From the NCBI GenBank assembly GCA_017454815.1, contig JAFTCG010000044.1, positions 2,507 to 66,506 of the forward strand: a DNA stretch of 64,000 nucleotides. The letters run 5' to 3'. The notes under the pieces are model-generated. The model had not been told where the DNA came from and searched no databases. It saw only the letters and a list, made by a program, of their open reading frames with translations. Below, one piece after another: positions 54,434 through 64,000 of this stretch. Within the stretch, counting starts at the first letter, position 1. Each line of letters opens with the position of its first letter. The DNA is from Clostridia bacterium (lineage in GTDB: Bacteria > Bacillota > Clostridia > Oscillospirales > Acutalibacteraceae). Made by a program: the position numbers and the translations under genes.

Positions 54434-56950
54434 ATGAGCGAAGATAACAACATGATGTCTGCATTTGAAAACCAGAAGATCGTAGACGTGGACATTAACA
54501 GGGAAATGAGAAAATCTTTCCTGGACTACTCGATGTCCGTCATCACGTCCAGGGCGTTGCCCGACGTCAGAGACGGCCTCAAACCCGTTCACAGAAGAAT
54601 ACTGTACACGATGTTTGAAAACGGTCTTATGCCCGAAAAAGCATACAGAAAATGCGCCGACACCGTCGGTTCCGTGTTGGGTAGCTATCACCCCCACGGC
54701 GACTCCTCGGTTTATGACGCCATGGTCAGACTTGCGCAGGATTTTTCAATGAGATATATGCTCGTTGACGGCCACGGAAACTTCGGCTCTATCGACGGAG
54801 ATCCGCCCGCCGCCTACCGTTATACAGAATCAAAAATGAGCAAAATTTCTCTGGAAATGCTGCGCGATATCGACAAACAGACTGTCGACTTTATGCCCAA
54901 CTATGACGACCGTCTTCAGGAACCTGTGGTTTTGCCCGCGAGATTTCCGAATCTTCTCGTAAACGGCTCAACGGGTATTGCCGTAGGTATGGCGACCAAT
55001 ATGCCGCCCCACAACCTGACGGAAGTTATTGACGCAATGTGCGCGCTCATCGACGATCCGGAGGCGTCGCTGGAAGACCTGATGGAATACATAAAAGGCC
55101 CCGACTTCCCGACGGCGGGAATTATCATGGGCAGAGCAGGCATCCGCAGCGCTTACGCCACCGGCAGAGGCAAAATCACCGTCAGGGCAAGGACGGAGAT
55201 AGTCGAAAACAAAAACGGCAGGTTTTCCATCAACATCACCGAGCTTCCCTATCAGGTCAACAGAGCAAAGCTCATCGAAAGCATCGCCGATCTTGTGAAA
55301 GAAAAGAGGATCGACGGTATTTCGGATATCAACGACTATTCCAACAGGGAAGGTATGCAGGTCGTGGTCGACCTCAAAAGGGACGCAAACCCGCAGGTCG
55401 TACTCAACCAGCTGTTTAACTATACTCAGCTCCAGATATCCTACGGCGTTATCAATATCGCCCTTGTTGATGGAGTGCCAAAGCTTCTCACACTCAAAGA
55501 CCTGCTTCAGAAATATATCGACCATCAGCACGACATAATTACAAGAAGGACTGTTTTCAACCTCAAAAAAGCTCAGGAGAGAGCCCACATTCTCGAGGCG
55601 TTGAAGAAAGCGCTTGACTTCATCGACGAAGTCATCGCGATCCTCAGAGCTTCAAAAACCGTTTCCGAAGGCAAGCAGGCACTCATCGACAGGTTTGAGT
55701 TTGACGAAGTTCAGGCTCAGGCGATCGTACAGATGCGCCTTGCCCAGCTGACGGGACTTGAAAAGGAAAAAATCGAAAGCGAGCTCGCGGAGCTGCTTGA
55801 AAAAATCGCGGATTACGAGGATATTCTCGCAAACGAATACCGCATTTTTGACATCATTAAATCGGAGTCGCAGGAGATCAGGAATAAATACGGCGACGAG
55901 CGCAGGACGGAGATCATGAACGTCAGCGGCGAAGTTGACGTGGAAGACCTGATCCCCGAAGAGGACTGCGTTTATACTCTCACCACGATGGGCTACATCA
56001 AACGTCAGCCGATCGACACTTACCAGAGCCAGCACAGAGGCGGCAGAGGCATCAAGGGCATGACAAGGCGTGAAGAGGACGTTGCGGAGACGATGTTTAT
56101 CTGCTCCACGCACAAGAGCATAATGTTCTTCACCTCGACCGGCAAGACGTACAAGCTCAAAGGCTACGAAGTTCCCGAAGGCAGCCGCACGAGCAAGGGC
56201 ATGAACATTGTAAACCTTCTCCCGATAACTCAGGAGGAAAAGGTTTCCGCAATGATCCAGGTCGACGTTGAAAAAGACCTTGACAAATACGTCTGCATGG
56301 TGACGAGGAAAGGTATCATCAAGCGTACTCATATCGGAAACTATAAGAACATCAGAAAAACGGGCGTTATCGCGGTAAACCTTGACGAGGGTGACGAGCT
56401 CGCTTGGGTAAAACTCACCTCCGGAAACGACGATCTTCTTGTCGCCACGAAGAAGGGCATGTCGATCCGCTTCAACGAGCAGGATGCGAGAGAGCTTGGC
56501 AGAACCGCCAGAGGAGTTAAATCCGTCACGCTTTCGGAAGGCGACGAGGTGGTCGGCTTCGACGTTCTGCACGAAGGCGATATCGTCCTGACCGTCAACG
56601 AAAACGGTTACGGCAGAAGAAGCGAAGAGAGCGACTACAGAGTGCAGTCCAGAGGCGGCAAAGGCGTCATGAACTACAGGACTTCCACCTTCGGCGACGT
56701 CTGCGCGATCAGAGTTGTCGAAGAGGATGACGACGTTATCATTATTTCCTCCGAAGGAATTATGATCAGGATCCCCGCCCGCGACATCAGCGTTTTCTCA
56801 AGGCCGTCAAAAGGCGTCCGCGTCATGAGAGTCGGCAACGGCGACAAGGTCGTCACGATGACGGTCGTAAAACACATCGACGAGGATGAACAGGAAGAGC
56901 AGAGCGAAGACAGTCAGGAAGCTTCGCAGGATAATCCGACAGAAGAATAA
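54434..56950 (+). CDS. gyrA: DNA gyrase subunit A
   Basis: Active-site region [13 protein letters not shown]-type segment [10 protein letters not shown] and an acidic C-terminal tail. Confidence 0.95.
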   Translation: MSEDNNMMSAFENQKIVDVDINREMRKSFLDYSMSVITSRALPDVRDGLKPVHRRILYTMFENGLMPEKAYRKCADTVGSVLGSYHPHGDSSVYDAMVRLAQDFSMRYMLVDGHGNFGSIDGDPPAAYRYTESKMSKISLEMLRDIDKQTVDFMPNYDDRLQEPVVLPARFPNLLVNGSTGIAVGMATNMPPHNLTEVIDAMCALIDDPEASLEDLMEYIKGPDFPTAGIIMGRAGIRSAYATGRGKITVRARTEIVENKNGRFSINITELPYQVNRAKLIESIADLVKEKRIDGISDINDYSNREGMQVVVDLKRDANPQVVLNQLFNYTQLQISYGVINIALVDGVPKLLTLKDLLQKYIDHQHDIITRRTVFNLKKAQERAHILEALKKALDFIDEVIAILRASKTVSEGKQALIDRFEFDEVQAQAIVQMRLAQLTGLEKEKIESELAELLEKIADYEDILANEYRIFDIIKSESQEIRNKYGDERRTEIMNVSGEVDVEDLIPEEDCVYTLTTMGYIKRQPIDTYQSQHRGGRGIKGMTRREEDVAETMFICSTHKSIMFFTSTGKTYKLKGYEVPEGSRTSKGMNIVNLLPITQEEKVSAMIQVDVEKDLDKYVCMVTRKGIIKRTHIGNYKNIRKTGVIAVNLDEGDELAWVKLTSGNDDLLVATKKGMSIRFNEQDARELGRTARGVKSVTLSEGDEVVGFDVLHEGDIVLTVNENGYGRRSEESDYRVQSRGGKGVMNYRTSTFGDVCAIRVVEEDDDVIIISSEGIMIRIPARDISVFSRPSKGVRVMRVGNGDKVVTMTVVKHIDEDEQEEQSEDSQEASQDNPTEE

Positions 56951-56964
56951 TTGGGAGAACAAAA

Positions 56965-58272
56965 ATGGCAATCAGCGTAAAATCAATCAAAGGCACGCAG
57001 GACGTTTTGCCGTCCGAGAGCCATAAAAACCGATTCATCGAACAGACGGTCATGTCGGTTGCAGAAAACTTCGGTTTTAAAGAGATCAGAACACCCGTGT
57101 TTGAACACACGGAGCTTTTCCAGCGTTCCGTTGGAGACACGACGGACGTTGTTGAAAAGGAAATGTACACATTTCTCGACAAAGGCGGAAGATCTTTGAC
57201 GCTTCGCCCGGAAGGCACTGCGGGCGCGGCGAGGGCATTCCTTGAGCACGGACTTTTTAACGACGCAATGCCGCAGAAGGTCTGTTATCTTACGTCGTGC
57301 TATAGGTACGAAAAACCGCAGGCGGGCAGACTCCGCGAATTTCACCAGTTCGGCGCGGAGTGCTTCGGAACACAGTCTCCCGCCGCCGACGCAGAAGTTA
57401 TTTCCTTTGCAAACGAGATTTTCGCAGCTCTGGAGATCACCGACTTGAAGCTTTACGTCAATTCGATCGGCTGCCCCGAATGCAGAAAAAATTACCACAA
57501 GGCGCTCAAAGATTATTTCAAGCAGTATGAGGATCAGCTCTGCGAAACGTGCCAAAAAAGGCTCGAGCGAAATCCCATGCGCATCCTCGACTGCAAAAGC
57601 CCACAGGATTCAAAGATCGCGGAGGGCGCGCCCGTTGTGCTCGATTTTCTCTGCGAGGAATGTTCCGATCATTTTGAAAAAGTCAAAGAATACCTGACGC
57701 TCCTGAACATCGACTTCACGGTCGATCCGAAAATCGTCAGGGGACTTGATTACTATACCAAAACCGTGTTCGAGTTTGTCAGCACTTCGATCGGCGCGCA
57801 GGGAACTGTCTGCGGCGGCGGAAGGTACGACGGGCTCCTTGAAGAACTCGGCTCGCAGCATATTCCGGCGCTCGGCTTTGCGATAGGGCTTGAAAGGCTT
57901 ATGCTTCTCATGCAGGCGCAGAATATTGAGCTTCCGGCGGAAAACGGTTGCGACGTTTATATCGCCGCAATGGACGAGGAAGCGTTAAAAGAAGCCATGC
58001 AGATCGCCCTCGACGTGAGGGGACAGTGCCTTTCCGCCCAGACGGACATCGTCGGCAGGTCGCTGAAGGCGCAGATGAAATATGCCGACAAGATCGGCGC
58101 GAAGTATTCCATCGTCCTCGGAACGAACGAGATCGAGAGCGGAAAAGCCGAGCTCAAAAACATGCAAACCGGCGAAAAAATGTTGATTTCAATTGACGAT
58201 TTTGCAGAAGATTTTCAACAGATCATCCTGCAGGATGAAATGAAACATCTTGAAGAAATGATCGGCGAATGA
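56965..58272 (+). CDS. hisS: Histidyl-tRNA synthetase
   Basis: Class II motifs (LRPEGTA, YRYEKPQAGRLREFHQ, GGGRYDGL). Confidence 0.95.
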   Translation: MAISVKSIKGTQDVLPSESHKNRFIEQTVMSVAENFGFKEIRTPVFEHTELFQRSVGDTTDVVEKEMYTFLDKGGRSLTLRPEGTAGAARAFLEHGLFNDAMPQKVCYLTSCYRYEKPQAGRLREFHQFGAECFGTQSPAADAEVISFANEIFAALEITDLKLYVNSIGCPECRKNYHKALKDYFKQYEDQLCETCQKRLERNPMRILDCKSPQDSKIAEGAPVVLDFLCEECSDHFEKVKEYLTLLNIDFTVDPKIVRGLDYYTKTVFEFVSTSIGAQGTVCGGGRYDGLLEELGSQHIPALGFAIGLERLMLLMQAQNIELPAENGCDVYIAAMDEEALKEAMQIALDVRGQCLSAQTDIVGRSLKAQMKYADKIGAKYSIVLGTNEIESGKAELKNMQTGEKMLISIDDFAEDFQQIILQDEMKHLEEMIGE

Positions 58273-58281
58273 GGTGGAAAA

Positions 58282-60069
58282 ATGGACAACATGACAGGAC
58301 TTAAAAGAACGCATTATTGCGGAGAATTGAGAATAGAAAACAAGGACGAAGAAGTTGTCGTTGCAGGTTGGGTGCAAAGGCAGAGAGACCTCGGAGGATT
58401 GATCTTCATCGACCTTCGCGACCGCACGGGTATCGTACAGCTTTCTTTTGACGACAACACCGACAAGGCTGTTTTTGAAAAAGCAGTTTCGGTAAGGAGC
58501 GAATTTGTCGTTGCCGCAAAAGGCGTCGTCAAGGAGCGTTCCTCGAAAAACGCGGAGATCCCGACGGGTGAAGTTGAAATATTCGTAACGGAGCTCAGGG
58601 TTATATCAACCAGCGAGACTCCGCCGTTTGAGATCACCGACAACTGCAAAACAGGCGAGATGACGAGGTTGAAATACAGATACCTTGACCTTCGCCGCCC
58701 GCAGCTTCAGAAAAACATTCTCCTTCGCCACAAGATCACGAAAATCACAAGGGACTATTTCGACGAAAACGGATTCATCGAGATCGAGACCCCGATACTC
58801 ATAAAGTCCACCCCCGAAGGCGCAAGAGATTTCCTCGTTCCCAGCAGACTTCACAGGGGATCGTTCTATGCTCTGCCCCAGTCGCCGCAGCTTTACAAAC
58901 AGCTTTCGATGGTCGCGGGATTCGACAAGTATATGCAGATCGCGCGCTGTTTCAGAGACGAGGACCTCAGAGCCGACCGCCAGCCCGAGTTTACGCAGAT
59001 CGACCTTGAAATGTCTTTTGTCGACATGGAGGATATTTTGTCCGTCGGCGAAGGATATATCAAGAGGGTTTTCAAGGAAGCAGTCGGCGTTGAAGTTGAA
59101 ACCCCGATAAAGAGGCTCACTTATGCCGACGCCATGAACCGCTACGGCAGCGACAAGCCCGACACGAGGTTCGGCATGGAGCTGTACGACCTGAGCGAAA
59201 CCGTAAAAGATTGCGGCTTCGGCGTTTTCACCGGCGCGATCAGCGGCGGCGGAAGCGTCAGGGGAATCACAGCAAAGAACGCTTATTCAACCCTTACCAG
59301 AAAAGAAATCGATAAACTGACGGAATTTGTCCGCGGCATCGGCGCAAAGGGACTTGCTTTTGCGAGAATTGCCGAGGACGGAACCGTTGCATCCTCTTTC
59401 GCAAAGTTTATGACGGACGAGGAGATGGAGAACATCAAAAAGGTTGCCGGGGCTGAAAACGGCGACGTTATCCTTATCATCGGCGACACAAAAACTTCGC
59501 TCGTTTTGTCTGTCCTGGGCGCATTGAGGAACGAAGTTGCCGCAAAACTCGACATCATCCCGAAGGATAAATACAATTTCGTCTGGATCACGGAATTCCC
59601 GTTCTTCGATTGGGACGAAGATCTCGGACAGTTTGTTGCAATGCACCATCCGTTCACTTCGCCGATGGACGAATGCCTTGAATATCTCGAAACCGACAAG
59701 GCAAAAGTCAGGGCAAAGGCATACGACCTCGTCCTCAACGGAACGGAGCTTTCCAGCGGCTCTATCAGGATCACCGATCCTCAGCTTCAGAGCAGGATGT
59801 TTGCGTTGCTTGGCATGAGCGACGAAGAGGCTTACGAAAAATTCGGCTATCTTCTCGACGCTTTCAAATACGGCGCGCCGCCCCACGGCGGAATGGGCAT
59901 CGGCCTCGACAGGCTCGTCATGACGATGCTCGGCTGCGAAACTCTCCGTGACGTTATCGCCTATCCGAAAGATAAGAACGCAAGCGAACCGATGACGGAA
60001 TGTCCCTCGGTCATCGACAAAAACCAGCTTGACGAGCTCGGAATAACTGCCGAACAACCTGAGGAATAA
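58282..60069 (+). CDS. aspS: Aspartyl-tRNA synthetase
   Basis: OB-fold N-terminus, FRDEDLRADRQPEFTQID, GGMGIGLDR. Confidence 0.95.
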   Translation: MDNMTGLKRTHYCGELRIENKDEEVVVAGWVQRQRDLGGLIFIDLRDRTGIVQLSFDDNTDKAVFEKAVSVRSEFVVAAKGVVKERSSKNAEIPTGEVEIFVTELRVISTSETPPFEITDNCKTGEMTRLKYRYLDLRRPQLQKNILLRHKITKITRDYFDENGFIEIETPILIKSTPEGARDFLVPSRLHRGSFYALPQSPQLYKQLSMVAGFDKYMQIARCFRDEDLRADRQPEFTQIDLEMSFVDMEDILSVGEGYIKRVFKEAVGVEVETPIKRLTYADAMNRYGSDKPDTRFGMELYDLSETVKDCGFGVFTGAISGGGSVRGITAKNAYSTLTRKEIDKLTEFVRGIGAKGLAFARIAEDGTVASSFAKFMTDEEMENIKKVAGAENGDVILIIGDTKTSLVLSVLGALRNEVAAKLDIIPKDKYNFVWITEFPFFDWDEDLGQFVAMHHPFTSPMDECLEYLETDKAKVRAKAYDLVLNGTELSSGSIRITDPQLQSRMFALLGMSDEEAYEKFGYLLDAFKYGAPPHGGMGIGLDRLVMTMLGCETLRDVIAYPKDKNASEPMTECPSVIDKNQLDELGITAEQPEE

Positions 60070-60090
60070 TATAGGAAACGGGGAAACAAC

Positions 60091-61461
60091 ATGAAACTTT
60101 GGGCAGGACGTTTTTCAAAAGAAGTTGACAAAAAAACAAACGATTTCAATTCGTCCATATCCTTCGACGCAAGGATGTTTGCAGAGGATATTGACGGAAG
60201 CATTGCCCACGCAAAAATGCTCGCAAAGCAGAACATAATCAGCGCCGACGACGGAGAAAAAATTGTCGCCGGGCTTGAAAAAATCAAGGCGGAGATAGCA
60301 AGCGGCGAGCTTGTTGTCGATCCGAACGCGGAGGATATACACACCTTCATCGAAGGCGAGCTGACAAAGCGCATCGGCTCCGCCGGCAAGAGGCTCCACA
60401 CCGCGCGAAGCAGGAACGACCAGGTTGCGCTCGACATCAGGATGTATCTCAAAAAAGAGTGCGACGCGCTTGAAAAAACGCTCAAGAATCTCGTGAAAGT
60501 TCTTGCCGAAAGCGCGCGGAAATATCACGACACGGTGATGCCCGGTTACACGCATCTCCAGAGAGCTCAGCCGATAACTTTCGGGCACCATCTGCTCGCT
60601 TATGCGGAAATGTTTTTGAGAGACATATCAAGGCTTGAAGACGCAAAGGAAAGAATGGACGTCTGCCCGATCGGAAGCTGTGCGCTCGCCGGAACGACGT
60701 ATAACCTCGACCGTGAATTTGAAGCGAAGCTTCTTGGCTTTCGCGAGCCGTGCGCGAATTCCCTTGACGGCGTTTCCGACAGGGATTTTTGCATCGAGCT
60801 TGCGAGCGTTCTGTCGATCCTTATGATGCATCTGTCGCGCTTGAGCGAGGAGATAATCCTCTGGTGTTCGTGGGAGTTCAAGTTCGTCGAGCTTGACGAC
60901 GCTTTTTCAACGGGATCGAGCATCATGCCCCAGAAGAAAAACCCCGACATAGCCGAGCTTGTCAGGGGAAAGGCGGGCAGAGTTTACGGCGACCTTATGA
61001 CGCTGCTTGCGTTCATGAAAGGATTGCCGCTTGCGTACAACAAGGATATGCAGGAGGACAAAGAGGCGATCTTCGACGCTTTCGACACTGTCAACGTCTG
61101 CCTGAGCGCATTCATCCCGATGATCGAAACGATGAGCGTAATTGACGAAAACATGAAAAAAGCGGCGGCGGGCGGATTTATAAACGCAACCGACTGCGCC
61201 GACTACCTTGTTTCCAAAGGATTGCCGTTCAGGGACGCTTATAAGGCGACGGGGGAGCTCGTTGCCGTCTGCATCGAGCAGGGCAAGACTCTTGAAACGC
61301 TTGAAATAGAAGAATACAAAAAAATCTGCGACCTTTTTGAAGACGACGTTTTTGAAAAAACCGATCTCCGGAAATGCGTCAGCGAGAGGAAAACATACGG
61401 CGGCCCTGCGCCGGAAAACGTAATTGAGCAGGCGAAAAGAGTTCTCGAAAAGATAAGATAA
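60091..61461 (+). CDS. argH: Argininosuccinate lyase
   Basis: MKLWAGRF..., GSSIMPQKKNPD signature. Confidence 0.95.
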   Translation: MKLWAGRFSKEVDKKTNDFNSSISFDARMFAEDIDGSIAHAKMLAKQNIISADDGEKIVAGLEKIKAEIASGELVVDPNAEDIHTFIEGELTKRIGSAGKRLHTARSRNDQVALDIRMYLKKECDALEKTLKNLVKVLAESARKYHDTVMPGYTHLQRAQPITFGHHLLAYAEMFLRDISRLEDAKERMDVCPIGSCALAGTTYNLDREFEAKLLGFREPCANSLDGVSDRDFCIELASVLSILMMHLSRLSEEIILWCSWEFKFVELDDAFSTGSSIMPQKKNPDIAELVRGKAGRVYGDLMTLLAFMKGLPLAYNKDMQEDKEAIFDAFDTVNVCLSAFIPMIETMSVIDENMKKAAAGGFINATDCADYLVSKGLPFRDAYKATGELVAVCIEQGKTLETLEIEEYKKICDLFEDDVFEKTDLRKCVSERKTYGGPAPENVIEQAKRVLEKIR

Positions 61462-61488
61462 CTTTTCCGAAAACCGGAGGAAATCATT

Positions 61489-62622
61489 TTGAGCATTTAT
61501 CTTGACAACAGCGCAACGACGCCGATTTGTGAAAACGCAAAAGAAAAAATGCTTCAGGCAATGGACGACAATTGGGGAAACCCCTCGTCGTTCCACAAAA
61601 AAGGTATCGAAGCCCTGTCGCTTCTCGACGAAGCGAGGAAAACGGTAGCCGAAAAACTCGGCGCGCAAAGCGAAGAGATTTATTTCACCTCCGGCGGCAC
61701 TTTGTCGAACAATATTGCAGTTTTAGGAGCGGCGAAAGCTCTTTCGAGGAAGGGCAAAAAAATCATCACCACCTCGGTCGAACATCCGAGCGTCGAAAAG
61801 GCGATGAAGTCGCTTGAAAAAGACGGCTTTGAGGTCGTCAGGCTGAAGGTTGACGGCGATTGCAAAGTCAGCAAAAAAGATATTCTTGATGCGATCGACG
61901 AAAAAACAGTGCTCGTTTCCATGATGCTCGTCAACAACGAAGTCGGCGCGATAATGCCCGTGGAGTTCCTCAGGAAAGCCGTAAAAACAAAAAACTCTCC
62001 TGCGCTCATCCACTGCGACGCAGTTCAGGCGTTCGGGAAGCTGGACGTTGACGTAAAAAAACTCGGCGTTGACCTTCTGACGGTCAGCTCCCACAAGATA
62101 AACGGCCCGAAGGGCTCGGGCGCGCTCTACGTCAGAAAAGGCGTGAGGATCGTTTCCCCCGTCGTCGGCGGAGGTCAGGAAGGGGACGTCTGCCCAGGAA
62201 CGCAGGCGACCCCCGCAATAGCAGGCTTTTGCGGCGCGGCGCAGACGATTTCGGCGCAAAGGGAAACCCTCGAAAAAACGCGGATCCTCAGAGATGAATT
62301 CATCAAAAAACTACTCCTTGTTGAAGGGATAAAAATAAACTCCCCGTCGGACGCTTTGCCTTATATCGTCAATTTCTCTGCCGAAGGAATACCTTCCCAG
62401 CCGATGATAACCTTCCTGTCCCAAAACGGGATATGCGTGTCAGGGGGTTCCGCTTGCGCAAAAGGCCACAGAAGCCCGACGCTCTCGGCGATGGGATTGC
62501 CGATCGAGAGGATCGACAGCGCCATCCGGGTCAGCATGTCGAAAGCCACGACCGGCGAGGAGCTTGAAGAAACCGTTCGCTTTATAGAGCTGGCGGTTAA
62601 AACACTGAGAAAAAGCAGGTAA
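61489..62622 (+). CDS. Cysteine desulfurase (NifS/IscS family)
   Basis: PLP lysine in SSHKINGPKG and active-site GGSACAKG. TTG start 8 nt after GGAGGA. Confidence 0.9.
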   Translation: MSIYLDNSATTPICENAKEKMLQAMDDNWGNPSSFHKKGIEALSLLDEARKTVAEKLGAQSEEIYFTSGGTLSNNIAVLGAAKALSRKGKKIITTSVEHPSVEKAMKSLEKDGFEVVRLKVDGDCKVSKKDILDAIDEKTVLVSMMLVNNEVGAIMPVEFLRKAVKTKNSPALIHCDAVQAFGKLDVDVKKLGVDLLTVSSHKINGPKGSGALYVRKGVRIVSPVVGGGQEGDVCPGTQATPAIAGFCGAAQTISAQRETLEKTRILRDEFIKKLLLVEGIKINSPSDALPYIVNFSAEGIPSQPMITFLSQNGICVSGGSACAKGHRSPTLSAMGLPIERIDSAIRVSMSKATTGEELEETVRFIELAVKTLRKSR

Positions 62623-62625
62623 ACG

Positions 62626-63792
62626 ATGAAAGAGATAATCTTAATTAAAAACGGCGAGCTTGCCCTCAAAGGACTCAATCGGAAAAACTTTGAGAGCATT
62701 ATGATAAAAAATATGAAGCGCAGGCTTGAAGACTGCGGAAATTTCAAGTTCACCGCTGTCCAGTCAACGATAACCGTTGAAGGCGACGAAAACAGCGACG
62801 TTTCCAAAGCGTTCGAGAGGCTGAAATACGTCTTCGGGATCGCCGGACTTTCAAAAGCGGCTGTTGCCGAGAAAGATATGCAAAGCATCTTTGACACAAC
62901 GGTCGAATATCTTGAAGATGAATTGCTTTTGGCAAAGACGTTCAAGGTCAACGCCAAGAGGAGCGACAAATCTTTTCCGTATGGATCGCCTGAGATCTGC
63001 GCCCAAACAGGCGGCGTTATTCTGTCAAAATTTCCGCACCTTAAAGTCGACGTCCACAACCCGGATCTGATCGTTACGGTCGAGGTCAGGGATTTCGGCG
63101 TTTACATACACGGCAACCAGCTCAAGGGCGCGGGCGGAATGCCCGTCGGCTCGTCGGGCAAAGCGGCGATTCTCATGTCCGGCGGCATCGACAGCCCCGT
63201 TGCCGGCTGGATGATGGCGAAAAGAGGACTTCAGCTCATCGGGATCCACTTTGCGTCTCCGCCGTATACGAGCGAACTTGCCGAGAAAAAAGTCAGACTC
63301 CTAACCGAAAAGGTTGCAAAATACAGCGGAAGAATAAAACTATACATCGTTCAGTTTACCGAAATCCAGGAAAAGATCAAAGACGTCTGTCCGGAAGATC
63401 TTTTCACTCTCGTGATGAGAAGGCTGATGATGAAAACGGCGCAGATCATTGCCGAAAAAGAAGATTGCGGCGCGCTCATCACGGGCGAAAGCCTTGCGCA
63501 GGTCGCAAGCCAGACGCTCAAAGCCCTTGCTTGCACGGACGAGGCGGCGACCTTGCCCGTTTTCAGACCGTGTATAGGAATGGATAAGAGCGAAATAATC
63601 GAGATTTCCAGGAAGATCGACACTTTTGAAACGTCGATCCTGCCCTATGAAGATTGCTGCACTGTCTTCACGCCAAAGCACCCAAAAACAAAGCCAAACC
63701 TTGAAGAAGTCAAAAAGGCGGAAGCAGACGGCGACTTTGACGAGCTTGTCAAAGAGGCGGCACAAAACGCAAGATTTGTTCTCATCGACTGA
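62626..63792 (+). CDS. thiI: tRNA 4-thiouridine synthase ThiI
   Basis: THUMP N-terminus and PP-loop LMSGGIDSPVA. 388 aa with no rhodanese domain. Confidence 0.9.
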   Translation: MKEIILIKNGELALKGLNRKNFESIMIKNMKRRLEDCGNFKFTAVQSTITVEGDENSDVSKAFERLKYVFGIAGLSKAAVAEKDMQSIFDTTVEYLEDELLLAKTFKVNAKRSDKSFPYGSPEICAQTGGVILSKFPHLKVDVHNPDLIVTVEVRDFGVYIHGNQLKGAGGMPVGSSGKAAILMSGGIDSPVAGWMMAKRGLQLIGIHFASPPYTSELAEKKVRLLTEKVAKYSGRIKLYIVQFTEIQEKIKDVCPEDLFTLVMRRLMMKTAQIIAEKEDCGALITGESLAQVASQTLKALACTDEAATLPVFRPCIGMDKSEIIEISRKIDTFETSILPYEDCCTVFTPKHPKTKPNLEEVKKAEADGDFDELVKEAAQNARFVLID

Positions 63793-63808
63793 AAAGGAGC
63801 GCCAATAA

Positions 63809-64000
63809 ATGAACTGTCAGATCATCTGCGTCGGAACGGAGATCCTTCTGGGCGACATCGTCAACACGAACGCCGCCACACTTTCAAAAGAACTCGCATC
63901 ACTTGGGATAAACGTGTTTTACCAGACGGTCGTCGGAGACAATGCGCGCCGGCTTGAAAAAAGCATTAAGGACGCGCTCGTTGAAAACGATATTCTCATT
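63809..64000 (+). CDS. cinA: Competence/damage-inducible protein CinA (N-terminal part, cut by window end)
   Basis: [23 protein letters not shown]..., the typical CinA MoCF-domain start. AAGGAG RBS. Confidence 0.8.
   Translation, partial: MNCQIICVGTEILLGDIVNTNAATLSKELASLGINVFYQTVVGDNARRLEKSIKDALVENDILI

Overview
This is a roughly 50% GC Firmicutes/Clostridia-type chromosomal segment. The taxonomic call rests on the sporulation genes ylbJ, yqfC and yqfD, a spoIVFA/FB-like pair, and the ctsR-mcsA-mcsB-clpC operon. The window is almost entirely housekeeping. I found no rRNA or tRNA genes, no CRISPR array, and no transposase, integrase or phage genes.

Layout from left to right:
- 0-5.6 kb: a tightly coupled recD2-comFC-mreB-DUF4364-zinc-ribbon operon, followed by an M14 peptidase homologue.
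- 5.7-17 kb: a sugar-utilisation patch with a GH13 alpha-glucosidase, a uxaC-SDR-TIM-barrel-Gfo/Idh/MocA operon, an AraC regulator, a PHP protein, an AbrB-like regulator and a GH78 rhamnosidase.
- 17-21.6 kb: the ctsR operon with classic CtsR boxes.
- 21.6-32.8 kb: the conserved ylbJ / yqfC-yqfD-phoH-ybeY-dgkA-era-yqzL-recO-mutS2 cluster, then M50/M23 proteases and a dCMP deaminase.
- 33-41 kb: an FMN riboswitch with ribU, an ACP-like gene, a 750-bp non-coding AT-rich repeat and DnaA-box region, a SAM-I riboswitch with metK, an FAD oxidoreductase, an LRR/cell-wall-repeat surface protein and argG.
- 41.5-64 kb: a continuous plus-strand origin-type block running vanY-like, mnmG, rsmG, parB-like, soj, spo0J, serS, [DnaA boxes + AT-rich 13-mers], dnaN, yaaA, recF, remB, gyrB, gyrA, hisS, aspS, argH, nifS/iscS, thiI, cinA.

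The most interesting observation is the replication-origin architecture. No dnaA gene is present in the window. dnaN is preceded by serS plus an oriC-like module. The mnmG...spo0J block, which normally diverges from dnaA, is co-oriented with dnaN. A second, orphan DnaA-box and iteron-like cluster sits 14 kb away.

Secondary leads are an ACP homologue whose phosphopantetheine serine is replaced by Tyr, two cell-wall peptidase homologues (M14 and VanY-like) with substituted catalytic or zinc residues, and a G9 tract forming an RBS. No clear defence or novel multi-gene system was identified. All functional calls are by-eye motif recognition without database searches.
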